Assembly (NCBI GenBank): GCA_964019425.1
Contig: OZ025793.1
Location: 620,001 to 684,000, forward strand
Reading direction: 5' to 3'
DNA from: Flectonema sp. DT1601
Lineage: Eukaryota
Length of the DNA stretch: 64,000 nt
The translations under genes and the position numbers were made by a program. Positions 23,801 through 34,561 of this stretch are shown here, piece after piece. Below the pieces are notes generated by a model. It was not told the origin of the DNA and did not search any database. It worked only from the letters and a program-made list of their open reading frames with translations. Within the stretch, counting starts at the first letter, position 1. The number at the start of each line of letters is the position of its first letter.

Positions 23801-24253
23801 CTTGACGGCACGGATTCGAGGAGGGCTGCTGCTCTGGAAAACGATGGGAAGGAGGAAGGAAGTGTTGTGGCTTTTGAAATCGAAGGGGGAAGCGCTGTGG
23901 GACTGGTGCGCGCTTTCAACAAGAAGCAACTTCCCGGAGTTGTAGCCATGCACGAAGAGTGGGAGATGCAGAGAGGAGCTGCAGATGATGATGAAACTGC
24001 GGTAGAAGAAGAGAAGAGCAAGAAGGAAGATGAGAGCAGCAAGGGTTTTCTTCCTATCTTGATAACAGCTGTGTCGGTGGTTGCCGGATGTGTGTTGGTG
24101 GCTGTTGCTACCGTGTTCTACAGACGGTCGAAGGCGGCTGACGATTTCGCTGCTAGTCACCAAGGTATCGACATGACCTCTCTGACAACGATGAGCCATC
24201 CTGCGGTCAACAACGAGGAGAAGAAAGACTTCGTTTCTGAGTTGCGCATTTGA
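20834..24253 (+). CDS. Surface protein copy 2 (1139 aa)
   Basis: Intact ORF, same as copy 1 apart from repeat counts. Confidence 0.85.
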   Translation: MIKEGIPLLLLSLARGADCFQNPTSAAYVENWKTCPTADQTDGFKTLLISSAVTYDGSPGMNSCNTQCEIGSPVPVCDNQANAMLVSQWQSDGKKVILEFGDGGMDGSGSQRNGGGSSTTGNDCWEYCFGKEGFVAKQLIDIVLNQGFDGIDVDFNYQSSDPRKNAKGQFFLHGLTQKLLQQLPADKELSHGMLAKPFPAPTNPTTPSGPSINRWRRPPSRRTPPSRRTRPGKPGCVPTPPPPCTPRPPYTPRPPYTPPPQPPKPTAVPTSVPTAVPTSVPIVPTSVPTAVPTSVPIVPTSVPTAVPTSVPIVPTSVPTAVPTSVPIVPTSVPTAVPTSVPIVPTSVPTAVPTSVPIVPTAVPTVPTPQPEGETPTPQPSQPTPTPPGQPTPTPPGQSTPTPPGQSTPTPPGQPTPTPPGQPTPTPPGQSTPTPPGQPTPTPPGQPTPTPPGQSTPTPPGQPTPTPPGQPTPTPQPEDGSQPTPTPQPEGETPTPPGQPTPQPEEGSQPTPTPQPEGETPTPPGQPTPQPEDGSQPTPTPQPEGESPTPQPEEGGGPTPQPEGESPTPQPEEGGGPTPQPEGESPTPQPEEGGGPTPQPEGESPTPQPEEGGGPTPQPEGESPTPQPEEGGGPTPQPEGEEGGEPTPQPEGEEGGGPTPQPEGEEGGGPTPQPEGEEGGGPTPQPEGEEGGGPTPQPEGEEGGGPTPQPEGEEGGGPTPQPEGEEGGGPTPQPEGEEGGGPTPQPEGEEGGESPTPQPEGEEGGGEPTPQPDEEGEEGGPTPQPEEGGEGPGEGGEGPFPGEGGEGEQINACGETISEWGSCIAAPHCCSDGLKCFQRSAGSARCAKACEGEACREFGSSEPPVSGGELGEKAPVCGNCESGKKGGVYCTSRGKGAKNTCSAIPKSGTCPAGKTKCFGSASEASRARKLVRLVLRRGIDSFAKTQFGNMLQGLFNPEVQISFKFICPSSACPQGSCGGASVGDSSTCLKLDGTDSRRAAALENDGKEEGSVVAFEIEGGSAVGLVRAFNKKQLPGVVAMHEEWEMQRGAADDDETAVEEEKSKKEDESSKGFLPILITAVSVVAGCVLVAVATVFYRRSKAADDFAASHQGIDMTSLTTMSHPAVNNEEKKDFVSELRI

Positions 24254-25528
24254 GCAAAGCGGGACTCTAATAAAATAACTAGCAGTTTTTGAAGATGATG
24301 CGACTTTCAGGTTAGAATTCGCTAGAAAATAGAGTTCCCTTTGTTGGACAATTCCTTTTTCAACGAGTATCTTCATGCAATCAAATCAAGAAAAAAAAGA
24401 AGAAAAAAAAAGAATGTTTTATATAAAATGATGTGTTTTAATTATGATTTCCTCTCCAGTATTATATTACTAGCGGATTGCAGAAGGCCCGCTTGGCTCA
24501 TTTTGCTTCCTCTTTCGTTAATCCCTTTATAAAATTATATACCCTGAAAAGAACAGGGGAGGAATATTAGCCTGCAAGGTTTTATTTCTCAAACTCACTT
24601 CCTCACTTCCTCACCCCCTCTTACTGATGTATTGCTCTGTTAGGGTGACCGACGATCACCATGCAACCCTTTTAGTTAAATGGAAAAAGGGGAGGCCTGT
24701 CAAGCTTAATTTGTTCCCTTGCAAGGCCACTCACTCACTCGATCTTACTGACTGTTGGGGTGATCGACGATCACCTGTTTGCCTGTCCCACTATTGTGTT
24801 GGTGACGTAGTGCTTCAAAGTGACGCACCTTTTTAATTTTCTTTTCAATCACCGTGCACCCAACTGCACGATGGTGCCTCACTCTACACCACTTTACCCA
24901 ATATATCGATGATCGATGCCTAACATACCAATGCGCTCTAACTGATGATGGTAACTTAATTGACTTTCGGGTTGGGAATGCAACGGTTGAAGACATTCTG
25001 GCTCCGATATCCTTTTTGACGGTGCCTGCTAATAACATTAGCTAACACTCTGTCTTCTTATTCTTATTCTTATTCTTAGATGGCTAATCATTAGCTGCTA
25101 CGTTGCAACTTATTTTTATATCTTTATCAGGGTATCGTTAAAAGTATGCGAGAAAGGAGGAGAAATGATTTTAACTTTTTTCAAAACTAGTTTTTCGATT
25201 GGGGAAGAAAAAAAAAAAAAAAAACGGAACTCTAAATGGAGACTCTGGAAGCGAAACATACATATCAGAGATAACCTAAGCCGAAGTTGAGAAGGTCGTC
25301 AACGGAAGGAATGAAAGTAATGGAAAGTTTGTACCAGTACGGCAGCAGATCTGGTTTCTGGAGACTACGTTCATTTATTTAAAACTACTAAAACACTTTT
25401 GACAGTATTTGCTGTCACTGTATTCGATACTTACATTACGATATGTTGATTGGAATATTATTGGTGAATTCCCTTGTTGCTTTCCCTTATTATTTTCACT
25501 AAACAGTTTGCTTCTTAAAACACGAAAC

Positions 25529-28500
25529 ATGATTAAGGAAGGAATTCCACTGTTGCTGCTGTCACTCGCTCGTGGAGCTGATTGTTTTCAGAATCCCACC
25601 AGTGCTGCGTATGTCGAGAACTGGAAAACCTGCCCGACTGCTGATCAGACCGACGGGTTCAAGACGCTGTTGATCTCCTCTGCGGTAACTTATGACGGAT
25701 CACCGGGTATGAACAGCTGTAACACTCAATGTGAGATCGGGAGTCCGGTTCCGGTTTGCGACAACCAAGCAAACGCAATGCTGGTATCGCAGTGGCAGTC
25801 AGATGGAAAGAAAGTCATCTTGGAGTTCGGTGATGGCGGAATGGACGGTTCCGGTTCGCAACGGAACGGTGGCGGCAGCAGCACCACTGGCAACGACTGC
25901 TGGGAATATTGTTTTGGAAAGGAAGGGTTTGTAGCCAAGCAACTTATTGATATCGTACTCAATCAGGGATTTGATGGAATTGACGTCGACTTCAATTACC
26001 AGTCGTCGGATCCCCGAAAAAATGCGAAGGGACAGTTTTTCCTGCACGGCCTGACGCAGAAGCTTCTGCAACAGCTTCCTGCGGACAAGGAGCTCTCACA
26101 CGGCATGTTGGCGAAGCCGTTCCCTGCACCGACCAATCCGACGACACCGTCTGGGCCTTCGATTAATCGTTGGAGAAGACCTCCTTCACGGAGAACCCCT
26201 CCTTCACGGAGAACCCGACCTGGTAAGCCCGGCTGCGTGCCGACTCCGCCGCCACCATGCACACCTCGCCCGCCATACACACCTCGCCCGCCATACACAC
26301 CACCACCTCAGCCTCCAAAGCCAACAGCTGTGCCGACATCTGTGCCAATTGTACCGACATCCGTGCCAACAGCTGTACCAACTTCTGTGCCAATTGTACC
26401 GACATCCGTACCGACAGCTGTGCCAACATCTGTGCCAATTGTACCGACATCCGTACCGACAGCTGTGCCAACATCTGTGCCAATTGTACCGACATCCGTA
26501 CCGACAGCTGTGCCAACATCCGTACCAATTGTACCGACATCCGTGCCAACAGCTGTGCCAACATCTGTGCCAATTGTACCAACAGCTGTGCCAACTGTAC
26601 CAACACCGCAGCCGGAAGGAGAAACGCCAACTCCACAACCCAGCCAGCCAACGCCAACTCCACCCGGCCAGCCAACGCCAACTCCACCCGGCCAGTCAAC
26701 GCCAACTCCACCCGGCCAGTCAACACCAACTCCACCCGGCCAGCCAACTCCAACTCCACCCGGCCAGCCAACGCCAACTCCACCCGGCCAGTCAACACCA
26801 ACTCCACCCGGCCAGCCAACACCAACTCCACCCGGCCAGCCAACGCCAACTCCACCCGGCCAGTCAACACCAACTCCACCCGGCCAGCCAACGCCAACTC
26901 CACAACCTGAAGATGGCAGTCAGCCAACGCCAACACCGCAGCCAGAAGGAGAAACGCCAACTCCACCCGGCCAGCCAACACCACAACCTGAAGATGGCAG
27001 CCAGCCAACGCCAACACCGCAGCCGGAAGGAGAATCACCAACACCGCAGCCTGAAGAAGGAGGTGGACCAACTCCCCAGCCAGAAGGCGAATCACCAACA
27101 CCGCAGCCTGAAGAAGGAGGTGGACCAACTCCCCAGCCAGAAGGCGAATCACCAACACCGCAACCTGAAGAAGGAGGTGGGCCAACTCCCCAGCCAGAAG
27201 GTGAATCACCAACACCGCAGCCTGAAGAAGGAGGTGGGCCAACTCCCCAGCCAGAAGGCGAATCACCAACTCCGCAACCCGAAGAAGGAGGTAGGCCAAC
27301 TCCGCAGCCTGAAGGAGAAGAAGGTGGCGAACCTACTCCACAACCTGAAGGAGAAGAAGGTGGCGGACCAACTCCACAACCTGAAGGAGAAGAAGGTGGC
27401 GGACCAACTCCACAACCTGAAGGAGAAGAAGGTGGCGGACCAACTCCACAACCTGAAGGAGAAGAAGGTGGCGGACCAACTCCACAACCTGAAGGAGAAG
27501 AAGGTGGCGGACCAACTCCACAACCTGAAGGAGAAGAGGGTGGTGAATCACCAACACCGCAGCCTGAAGGAGAAGAAGGTGGCGGCGAACCTACCCCCCA
27601 ACCTGATGAAGAAGGCGAAGAAGGTGGACCGACTCCGCAACCAGAAGAGGGAGGGGAAGGACCAGGAGAAGGGGGGGAAGGACCATTTCCGGGAGAAGGG
27701 GGCGAAGGAGAACAAATCAACGCCTGCGGTGAGACTATCTCGGAGTGGGGAAGTTGCATTGCCGCACCGCACTGCTGTTCTGACGGTCTGAAGTGTTTTC
27801 AGAGAAGCGCGGGATCGGCTAGATGTGCAAAAGCTTGTGAAGGCGAGGCTTGCAGGGAATTCGGAAGTAGCGAGCCTCCAGTGTCGGGGGGAGAGCTGGG
27901 GGAGAAGGCACCTGTTTGCGGAAATTGCGAAAGCGGGAAGAAGGGAGGTGTGTACTGTACGAGTAGGGGAAAGGGTGCAAAGAACACGTGCAGTGCGATC
28001 CCGAAGTCGGGTACCTGTCCTGCTGGGAAGACGAAATGCTTTGGTAGTGCGAGCGAGGCGTCTAGAGCGAGAAAGTTGGTGCGGTTGGTGTTGAGAAGGG
28101 GAATTGATTCCTTTGCGAAGACGCAATTCGGAAACATGCTGCAGGGGTTATTTAATCCTGAGGTTCAGATATCGTTCAAATTCATCTGCCCGAGCAGCGC
28201 CTGTCCACAAGGGAGCTGTGGTGGTGCTTCGGTTGGAGATTCTTCGACGTGCTTGAAGCTTGACGGCACGGATTCGAGGAGGGCTGCTGCTCTGGAAAAC
28301 GATGGGAAGGAGGAAGGAAGTGTTGTGGCTTTTGAAATCGAAGGGGGAAGCGCTGTGGGACTGGTGCGCGCTTTCAACAAGAAGCAACTTCCCGGAGTTG
28401 TAGCCATGCACGAAGAGTGGGAGATGCAGAGAGGAGCTGCAGATGATGATGAAACTGCGGTAGAAGAAGAGAAGAGCAAGAAGGAAGATGAGAGCAGCAA

Positions 28501-28711
28501 GGGTTTTCTTCCTATCTTGATAACAGCTGTGTCGGTGGTTGCCGGATGTGTGTTGGTGGCTGTTGCTACCGTGTTCTACAGACGGTCGAAGGCGGCTGAC
28601 GATTTCGCTGCTAGTCACCAAGGTATCGACATGACCTCTCTGACAACGATGAGCCATCCTGCGGTCAACAACGAGGAGAAGAAAGACTTCGTTTCTGAGT
28701 TGCGCATTTGA
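25529..28711 (+). CDS. Surface protein copy 3 (1060 aa)
   Basis: Intact ORF with the shortest stalk; private G>R change (EEGGRPTP). Confidence 0.85.
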   Translation: MIKEGIPLLLLSLARGADCFQNPTSAAYVENWKTCPTADQTDGFKTLLISSAVTYDGSPGMNSCNTQCEIGSPVPVCDNQANAMLVSQWQSDGKKVILEFGDGGMDGSGSQRNGGGSSTTGNDCWEYCFGKEGFVAKQLIDIVLNQGFDGIDVDFNYQSSDPRKNAKGQFFLHGLTQKLLQQLPADKELSHGMLAKPFPAPTNPTTPSGPSINRWRRPPSRRTPPSRRTRPGKPGCVPTPPPPCTPRPPYTPRPPYTPPPQPPKPTAVPTSVPIVPTSVPTAVPTSVPIVPTSVPTAVPTSVPIVPTSVPTAVPTSVPIVPTSVPTAVPTSVPIVPTSVPTAVPTSVPIVPTAVPTVPTPQPEGETPTPQPSQPTPTPPGQPTPTPPGQSTPTPPGQSTPTPPGQPTPTPPGQPTPTPPGQSTPTPPGQPTPTPPGQPTPTPPGQSTPTPPGQPTPTPQPEDGSQPTPTPQPEGETPTPPGQPTPQPEDGSQPTPTPQPEGESPTPQPEEGGGPTPQPEGESPTPQPEEGGGPTPQPEGESPTPQPEEGGGPTPQPEGESPTPQPEEGGGPTPQPEGESPTPQPEEGGRPTPQPEGEEGGEPTPQPEGEEGGGPTPQPEGEEGGGPTPQPEGEEGGGPTPQPEGEEGGGPTPQPEGEEGGGPTPQPEGEEGGESPTPQPEGEEGGGEPTPQPDEEGEEGGPTPQPEEGGEGPGEGGEGPFPGEGGEGEQINACGETISEWGSCIAAPHCCSDGLKCFQRSAGSARCAKACEGEACREFGSSEPPVSGGELGEKAPVCGNCESGKKGGVYCTSRGKGAKNTCSAIPKSGTCPAGKTKCFGSASEASRARKLVRLVLRRGIDSFAKTQFGNMLQGLFNPEVQISFKFICPSSACPQGSCGGASVGDSSTCLKLDGTDSRRAAALENDGKEEGSVVAFEIEGGSAVGLVRAFNKKQLPGVVAMHEEWEMQRGAADDDETAVEEEKSKKEDESSKGFLPILITAVSVVAGCVLVAVATVFYRRSKAADDFAASHQGIDMTSLTTMSHPAVNNEEKKDFVSELRI

Positions 28712-29992
28712 GCAAAGCGGGACTCTAATAAAATAACTAGCAGTTTTTGAAGATGATGCGACTTTCAGGTTAGAATTCGCTAGAAAATAGAGTTCCCTTT
28801 GTTGGACAATTCCTTTTTCAACGAGTATCTTCATGCAATCAAATCAAGAAAAAAAAGAAGAAAAAAAAAGAATGTTTTATATAAAATGATGTGTTTTAAT
28901 TATGATTTCCTCTCCAGTATTATATTACTAGCGGATTGCAGAAGGCCCGCTTGGCTCATTTTGCTTCCTCTTTCGTTAATCCCTTTATAAAATTATATAC
29001 CCTGAAAAGAACAGGGGAGGAATATTAGCCTGCAAGGTTTTATTTCTCAAACTCACTTCCTCACTTCCTCACCCCCTCTTACTGATGTATTGCTCTGTTA
29101 GGGTGACCGACGATCACCATGCAACCCTTTTAGTTAAATGGAAAAAGGGGAGGCCTGTCAAGCTTAATTTGTTCCCTTGCAAGGCCACTCACTCACTCGA
29201 TCTTACTGACTGTTGGGGTGATCGACGATCACCTGTTTGCCTGTCCCACTATTGTGTTGGTGACGTAGTGCTTCAAAGTGACGCACCTTTTTAATTTTCT
29301 TTTCAATCACCGTGCACCCAACTGCACGATGGTGCCTCACTCTACACCACTTTACCCAATATATCGATGATCGATGCCTAACATACCAATGCGCTCTAAC
29401 TGATGATGGTAACTTAATTGACTTTCGGGTTGGGAATGCAACGGTTGAAGACATTCTGGCTCCGATATCCTTTTTGACGGTGCCTGCTAATAACATTAGC
29501 TAACACTCTGTCTTCTTATTCTTATTCTTATTCTTATTCTTAGATGGCTAATCATTAGCTGCTACGTTGCAACTTATTTTTATATCTTTATCAGGGTATC
29601 GTTAAAAGTATGCGAGAAAGGAGGAGAAATGATTTTAACTTTTTTCAAAACTAGTTTTTCGATTGGGGAAGAAAAAAAAAAAAAAAAACGGAACTCTAAA
29701 TGGAGACTCTGGAAGCGAAACATACATATCAGAGATAACCTAAGCCGGAGTTGAGAAGGTCGTCAACGGAAGGAATGAAAGTAATGGAAAGTTTGTACCA
29801 GTACGGCAGCAGATCTGGTTTCTGGAGACTACGTTCATTTATTTAAAACTACTAAAACACTTTTGACAGTATTTGCTGTCACTGTATTCGATACTTACAT
29901 TACGATATGTTGATTGGAATATTATTGGTGAATTCCCTTGTTGCTTTCCCTTATTATTTTCACTAAACAGTTTGCTTCTTAAAACACGAAAC

Positions 29993-32900
29993 ATGATTAA
30001 GGAAGGAATTCCACTGTTGCTGCTGTCACTCGCTCGTGGAGCTGATTGTTTTCAGAACCCCACCAGTGCTGCGTATGTCGAGAACTGGAAAACCTGCCCG
30101 ACTGCTGATCAGACCGACGGGTTCAAGACGCTGTTGATCTCCTCTGCGGTAACTTATGACGGATCACCCGGTATGAACAGCTGTAACACTCAATGTGAGA
30201 TCGGGAGTCCGGTTCCGGTTTGCGACAACCAAGCAAACGCAATGCTGGTATCGCAGTGGCAGTCAGATGGAAAGAAAGTCATCTTGGAGTTCGGTGATGG
30301 CGGAATGGACGGTTCCGGTTCGCAACGGAACGGTGGCGGCAGCAGCACCACTGGCAACGACTGCTGGGAATATTGTTTTGGAAAGGAAGGGTTTGTAGCC
30401 AAGCAACTTATTGATATCGTACTCAATCAGGGATTTGATGGAATTGACGTCGACTTCAATTACCAGTCGTCGGATCCCCGAAAAAATGCGAAGGGACAGT
30501 TTTTCCTGCACGGCCTGACGCAGAAGCTTCTGCAACAGCTTCCTGCGGACAAGGAGCTCTCACACGGCATGTTGGCGAAGCCGTTCCCTGCACCGACCAA
30601 TCCGACGACACCGTCTGGGCCTTCGATTAATCGTTGGAGAAGACCTCCTTCACGGAGAACCCCTCCTTCACGGAGAACCCGACCTGGTAAGCCCGGCTGC
30701 AAGCCGACTCCGCCGCCATGCACACCTCGCCCGCCATACACACCTCGCCCGCCATACACACCACCACCTCAGCCTCCAAAGCCAACAGCTGTGCCGACAT
30801 CCGTACCAACAGCTGTGCCGACATCTGTGCCAATTGTACCGACATCCGTGCCAACAGCTGTACCAACTTCTGTGCCAATTGTACCGACATCCGTACCGAC
30901 AGCTGTTCCAACTTCTGTGCCAATTGTACCGACATCCGTACCGACAGCTGTGCCAACATCCGTGCCAATTGTACCGACATCCGTGCCAACAGCTGTACCA
31001 ACATCTGTGCCAATTGTACCGACATCCGTGCCAACAGCTGTGCCGACATCTGTGCCAATTGTACCAACAGCTGTGCCAACTGTACCAACACCGCAGCCGG
31101 AAGGAGAAACGCCAACTCCACAACCCAGCCAGCCAACGCCAACTCCACCCGGCCAGCCAACGCCAACTCCACCAGGCCAATCAACGCCAACTCCACCCGG
31201 CCAGTCAACACCAACTCCACCCGGCCAGCCAACACCAACTCCACCCGGCCAGCCAACGCCAACTCCACCCGGCCAGTCAACACCAACTCCACCCGGCCAG
31301 CCAACTCCAACTCCACCCGGCCAGCCAACGCCAACTCCACAACCTGAAGATGGCAGTCAGCCAACGCCAACACCGCAGCCAGAAGGAGAAACGCCAACTC
31401 CACCCGGCCAGCCAACACCACAACCTGAAGAAGGCAGCCAGCCAACGCCAACACCGCAGCCAGAAGGAGAAACGCCAACTCCACCCGGCCAGCCAACACC
31501 ACAACCTGAAGATGGCAGCCAGCCAACGCCAACACCGCAGCCGGAAGGAGAATCACCAACACCGCAGCCTGAAGAAGGAGGTGGACCAACTCCCCAGCCA
31601 GAAGGCGAATCACCAACACCGCAACCTGAAGAAGGAGGTGGGCCAACTCCCCAGCCAGAAGGTGAATCACCAACACCGCAGCCTGAAGAAGGAGGTGGGC
31701 CAACTCCCCAGCCAGAAGGCGAATCACCAACTCCGCAACCCGAAGAAGGAGGTGGGCCAACTCCGCAGCCTGAAGGAGAAGAAGGTGGCGAACCTACTCC
31801 ACAACCTGAAGGAGAAGAAGGTGGCGGACCAACTCCACAACCTGAAGGAGAAGAAGGTGGCGGACCAACTCCACAACCTGAAGGAGAAGAAGGTGGCGGA
31901 CCAACTCCACAACCTGAAGGAGAAGAAGGTGGCGGACCAACTCCACAACCTGAAGGAGAAGAAGGTGGCGGACCAACTCCACAACCTGAAGGAGAAGAAG
32001 GTGGCGGACCAACTCCACAACCTGAAGGAGAAGAAGGTGGCGGACCAACTCCACAACCTGAAGGAGAAGAAGGTGGCGGACCAACTCCACAACCTGAAGG
32101 AGAAGAGGGTGGTGAATCACCAACACCGCAGCCTGAAGGAGAAGAAGGTGGCGGCGAACCTACCCCCCAACCTGATGAAGAAGGCGAAGAAGGTGGACCG
32201 ACTCCGCAACCAGAAGAGGGAGGGGAAGGACCAGGAAAAGGGGGGGAAGGACCATTTCCGGGAGAAGGGGGCGAAGGAGAACAAATCAACGCCTGCGGTG
32301 AGACTATCTCGGAGTGGGGAAGTTGCATTGCCGCACCGCACTGCTGCTCTGACGGTCTGAAGTGTTTTCAGAGAAGCGCGGGATCGGCTAGATGTGCAAA
32401 AGCTTGTGAAGGCGAGGCTTGCAGGGAATTCGGAAGTAGCGAGCCTCCAGTGTCGGGGGGAGAGCTGGGGGAGAAGGCACCTGTTTGCGGAAATTGCGAA
32501 AGCGGGAAGAAGGGAGGTGTGTACTGTACGAGTAGGGGAAAGGGTGCAAAGAACACGTGCAGTGCGATCCCGAAGTCGGGTACCTGTCCTGCTGGGAAGA
32601 CGAAATGCTTTGGTAGTGCGAGCGAGGCGTCTAGAGCGAGAAAGTTGGTGCGGTTGGTGTTGAGAAGGGGAATTGATTCCTTTGCGAAGACGCAATTCGG
32701 AAACATGCTGCAGGGGTTATTTAATCCTGAGGTTCAGATATCGTTCAAATTCATCTGCCCGAGCAGCGCCTGTCCACAAGGGAGCTGTGGTGGTGCTTCG
32801 GTTGGAGATTCTTCGACGTGCTTGAAGCTTGACGGCACGGATTCGAGGAGGGCTGCTGCTCTGGAAAACGATGGGAAGGAGGAAGGAAGTGTTGTGGCTT

Positions 32901-33280
32901 TTGAAATCGAAGGGGGAAGCGCTGTGGGACTGGTGCGCGCTTTCAACAAGAAGCAACTTCCCGGAGTTGTAGCCATGCACGAAGAGTGGGAGATGCAGAG
33001 AGGAGCTGCAGATGATGATGAAACTGCGGTAGAAGAAGAGAAGAGCAAGAAGGAAGATGAGAGCAGCAAGGGTTTTCTTCCTATCTTGATAGCAGCTGTG
33101 TCGGTGGTTGCCGGATGTGTGTTGGTGGCTGTTGCTACCGTGTTCTACAGACGGTCGAAGGCGGCTGACGATTTCGCTGCTAGTCACCAAGGTATCGACA
33201 TGACCTCTCTGACAACGATGAGCCATCCTGCGGTCAACAACGAGGAGAAGAAAGACTTCGTTTCTGAGTTGCGCATTTGA
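29993..33280 (+). CDS. Surface protein copy 4 (1095 aa)
   Basis: Intact ORF; GCKPTPPPC and ILIAAV variants. Confidence 0.85.
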   Translation: MIKEGIPLLLLSLARGADCFQNPTSAAYVENWKTCPTADQTDGFKTLLISSAVTYDGSPGMNSCNTQCEIGSPVPVCDNQANAMLVSQWQSDGKKVILEFGDGGMDGSGSQRNGGGSSTTGNDCWEYCFGKEGFVAKQLIDIVLNQGFDGIDVDFNYQSSDPRKNAKGQFFLHGLTQKLLQQLPADKELSHGMLAKPFPAPTNPTTPSGPSINRWRRPPSRRTPPSRRTRPGKPGCKPTPPPCTPRPPYTPRPPYTPPPQPPKPTAVPTSVPTAVPTSVPIVPTSVPTAVPTSVPIVPTSVPTAVPTSVPIVPTSVPTAVPTSVPIVPTSVPTAVPTSVPIVPTSVPTAVPTSVPIVPTAVPTVPTPQPEGETPTPQPSQPTPTPPGQPTPTPPGQSTPTPPGQSTPTPPGQPTPTPPGQPTPTPPGQSTPTPPGQPTPTPPGQPTPTPQPEDGSQPTPTPQPEGETPTPPGQPTPQPEEGSQPTPTPQPEGETPTPPGQPTPQPEDGSQPTPTPQPEGESPTPQPEEGGGPTPQPEGESPTPQPEEGGGPTPQPEGESPTPQPEEGGGPTPQPEGESPTPQPEEGGGPTPQPEGEEGGEPTPQPEGEEGGGPTPQPEGEEGGGPTPQPEGEEGGGPTPQPEGEEGGGPTPQPEGEEGGGPTPQPEGEEGGGPTPQPEGEEGGGPTPQPEGEEGGGPTPQPEGEEGGESPTPQPEGEEGGGEPTPQPDEEGEEGGPTPQPEEGGEGPGKGGEGPFPGEGGEGEQINACGETISEWGSCIAAPHCCSDGLKCFQRSAGSARCAKACEGEACREFGSSEPPVSGGELGEKAPVCGNCESGKKGGVYCTSRGKGAKNTCSAIPKSGTCPAGKTKCFGSASEASRARKLVRLVLRRGIDSFAKTQFGNMLQGLFNPEVQISFKFICPSSACPQGSCGGASVGDSSTCLKLDGTDSRRAAALENDGKEEGSVVAFEIEGGSAVGLVRAFNKKQLPGVVAMHEEWEMQRGAADDDETAVEEEKSKKEDESSKGFLPILIAAVSVVAGCVLVAVATVFYRRSKAADDFAASHQGIDMTSLTTMSHPAVNNEEKKDFVSELRI

Positions 33281-34561
33281 GCAAAGCGGGACTCTAATAA
33301 AATAACTAGCAGTTTTTGAAGATGATGCGACTTTCAGGTGAGAATTCGCTAGAAAATAGAGTTCCCTTTGTTGGACAATTCCTTTTTCAACGAGTATCTT
33401 CATGCAATCAAATCAAGAAAAAAAAGAAGAAAAAAAAAGAATGTTTTATATAAAATGATGTGTTTTAATTATGATTTCCTCTCCAGTATTATATTACTAG
33501 CGGATTGCAGAAGGCCCGCTTGGCTCATTTTGCTTCCTCTTTCGTTAATCCCTTTATAAAATTATATACCCTGAAAAGAACAGGGGAGGAATATTAGCCT
33601 GCAAGGTTTTATTTCTCAAACTCACTTCCTCACTTCCTCACCCCCTCTTACTGATGTATTGCTCTGTTAGGGTGACCGACGATCACCATGCAACCCTTTT
33701 AGTTAAATGGAAAAAGGGGAGGCCTGTCAAGCTTAATTTGTTCCCTTGCAAGGCCACTCACTCACTCGATCTTACTGACTGTTGGGGTGATCGACGATCA
33801 CCTGTTTGCCTGTCCCACTATTGTGTTGGTGACGTAGTGCTTCAAAGTGACGCACCTTTTTAATTTTCTTTTCAATCACCGTGCACCCAACTGCACGATG
33901 GTGCCTCACTCTACACCACTTTACCCAATATATCGATGATCGATGCCTAACATACCAATGCGCTCTAACTGATGATGGTAACTTAATTGACTTTCGGGTT
34001 GGGAATGCAACGGTTGAAGACATTCTGGCTCCGATATCCTTTTTGACGGTGCCTGCTAATAACATTAGCTAACACTCTGTCTTCTTATTCTTATTCTTAT
34101 TCTTATTCTTAGATGGCTAATCATTAGCTGCTACGTTGCAACTTATTTTTATTTCTTTATCAGGGTATCGTTAAAAGTATGCGAGAAAGGAGGAGAAATG
34201 ATTTTAACTTTTTTCAAAACTAGTTTTTCGATTGGGGAAGAAAAAAAAAAAAAAAAACGGAACTCTAAATGGAGACTCTGGAAGCGAAACATACATATCA
34301 GAGATAACCTAAGCCGAAGTTGAGAAGGTCGTCAACGGAAGGAATGAAAGTAATGGAAAGTTTGTACCAGTACGGCAGCAGATCTGGTTTCTGGAGACTA
34401 CGTTCATTTATTTAAAACTACTAAAACACTTTTGACAGTATTTGCTGTCACTGTATTCGATACTTACATTACGATATGTTGATTGGAATATTATTGGTGA
34501 ATTCCCTTGTTGCTTTCCCTTATTATTTTCACTAAACAGTTTGCTTCTTAAAACACGAAAC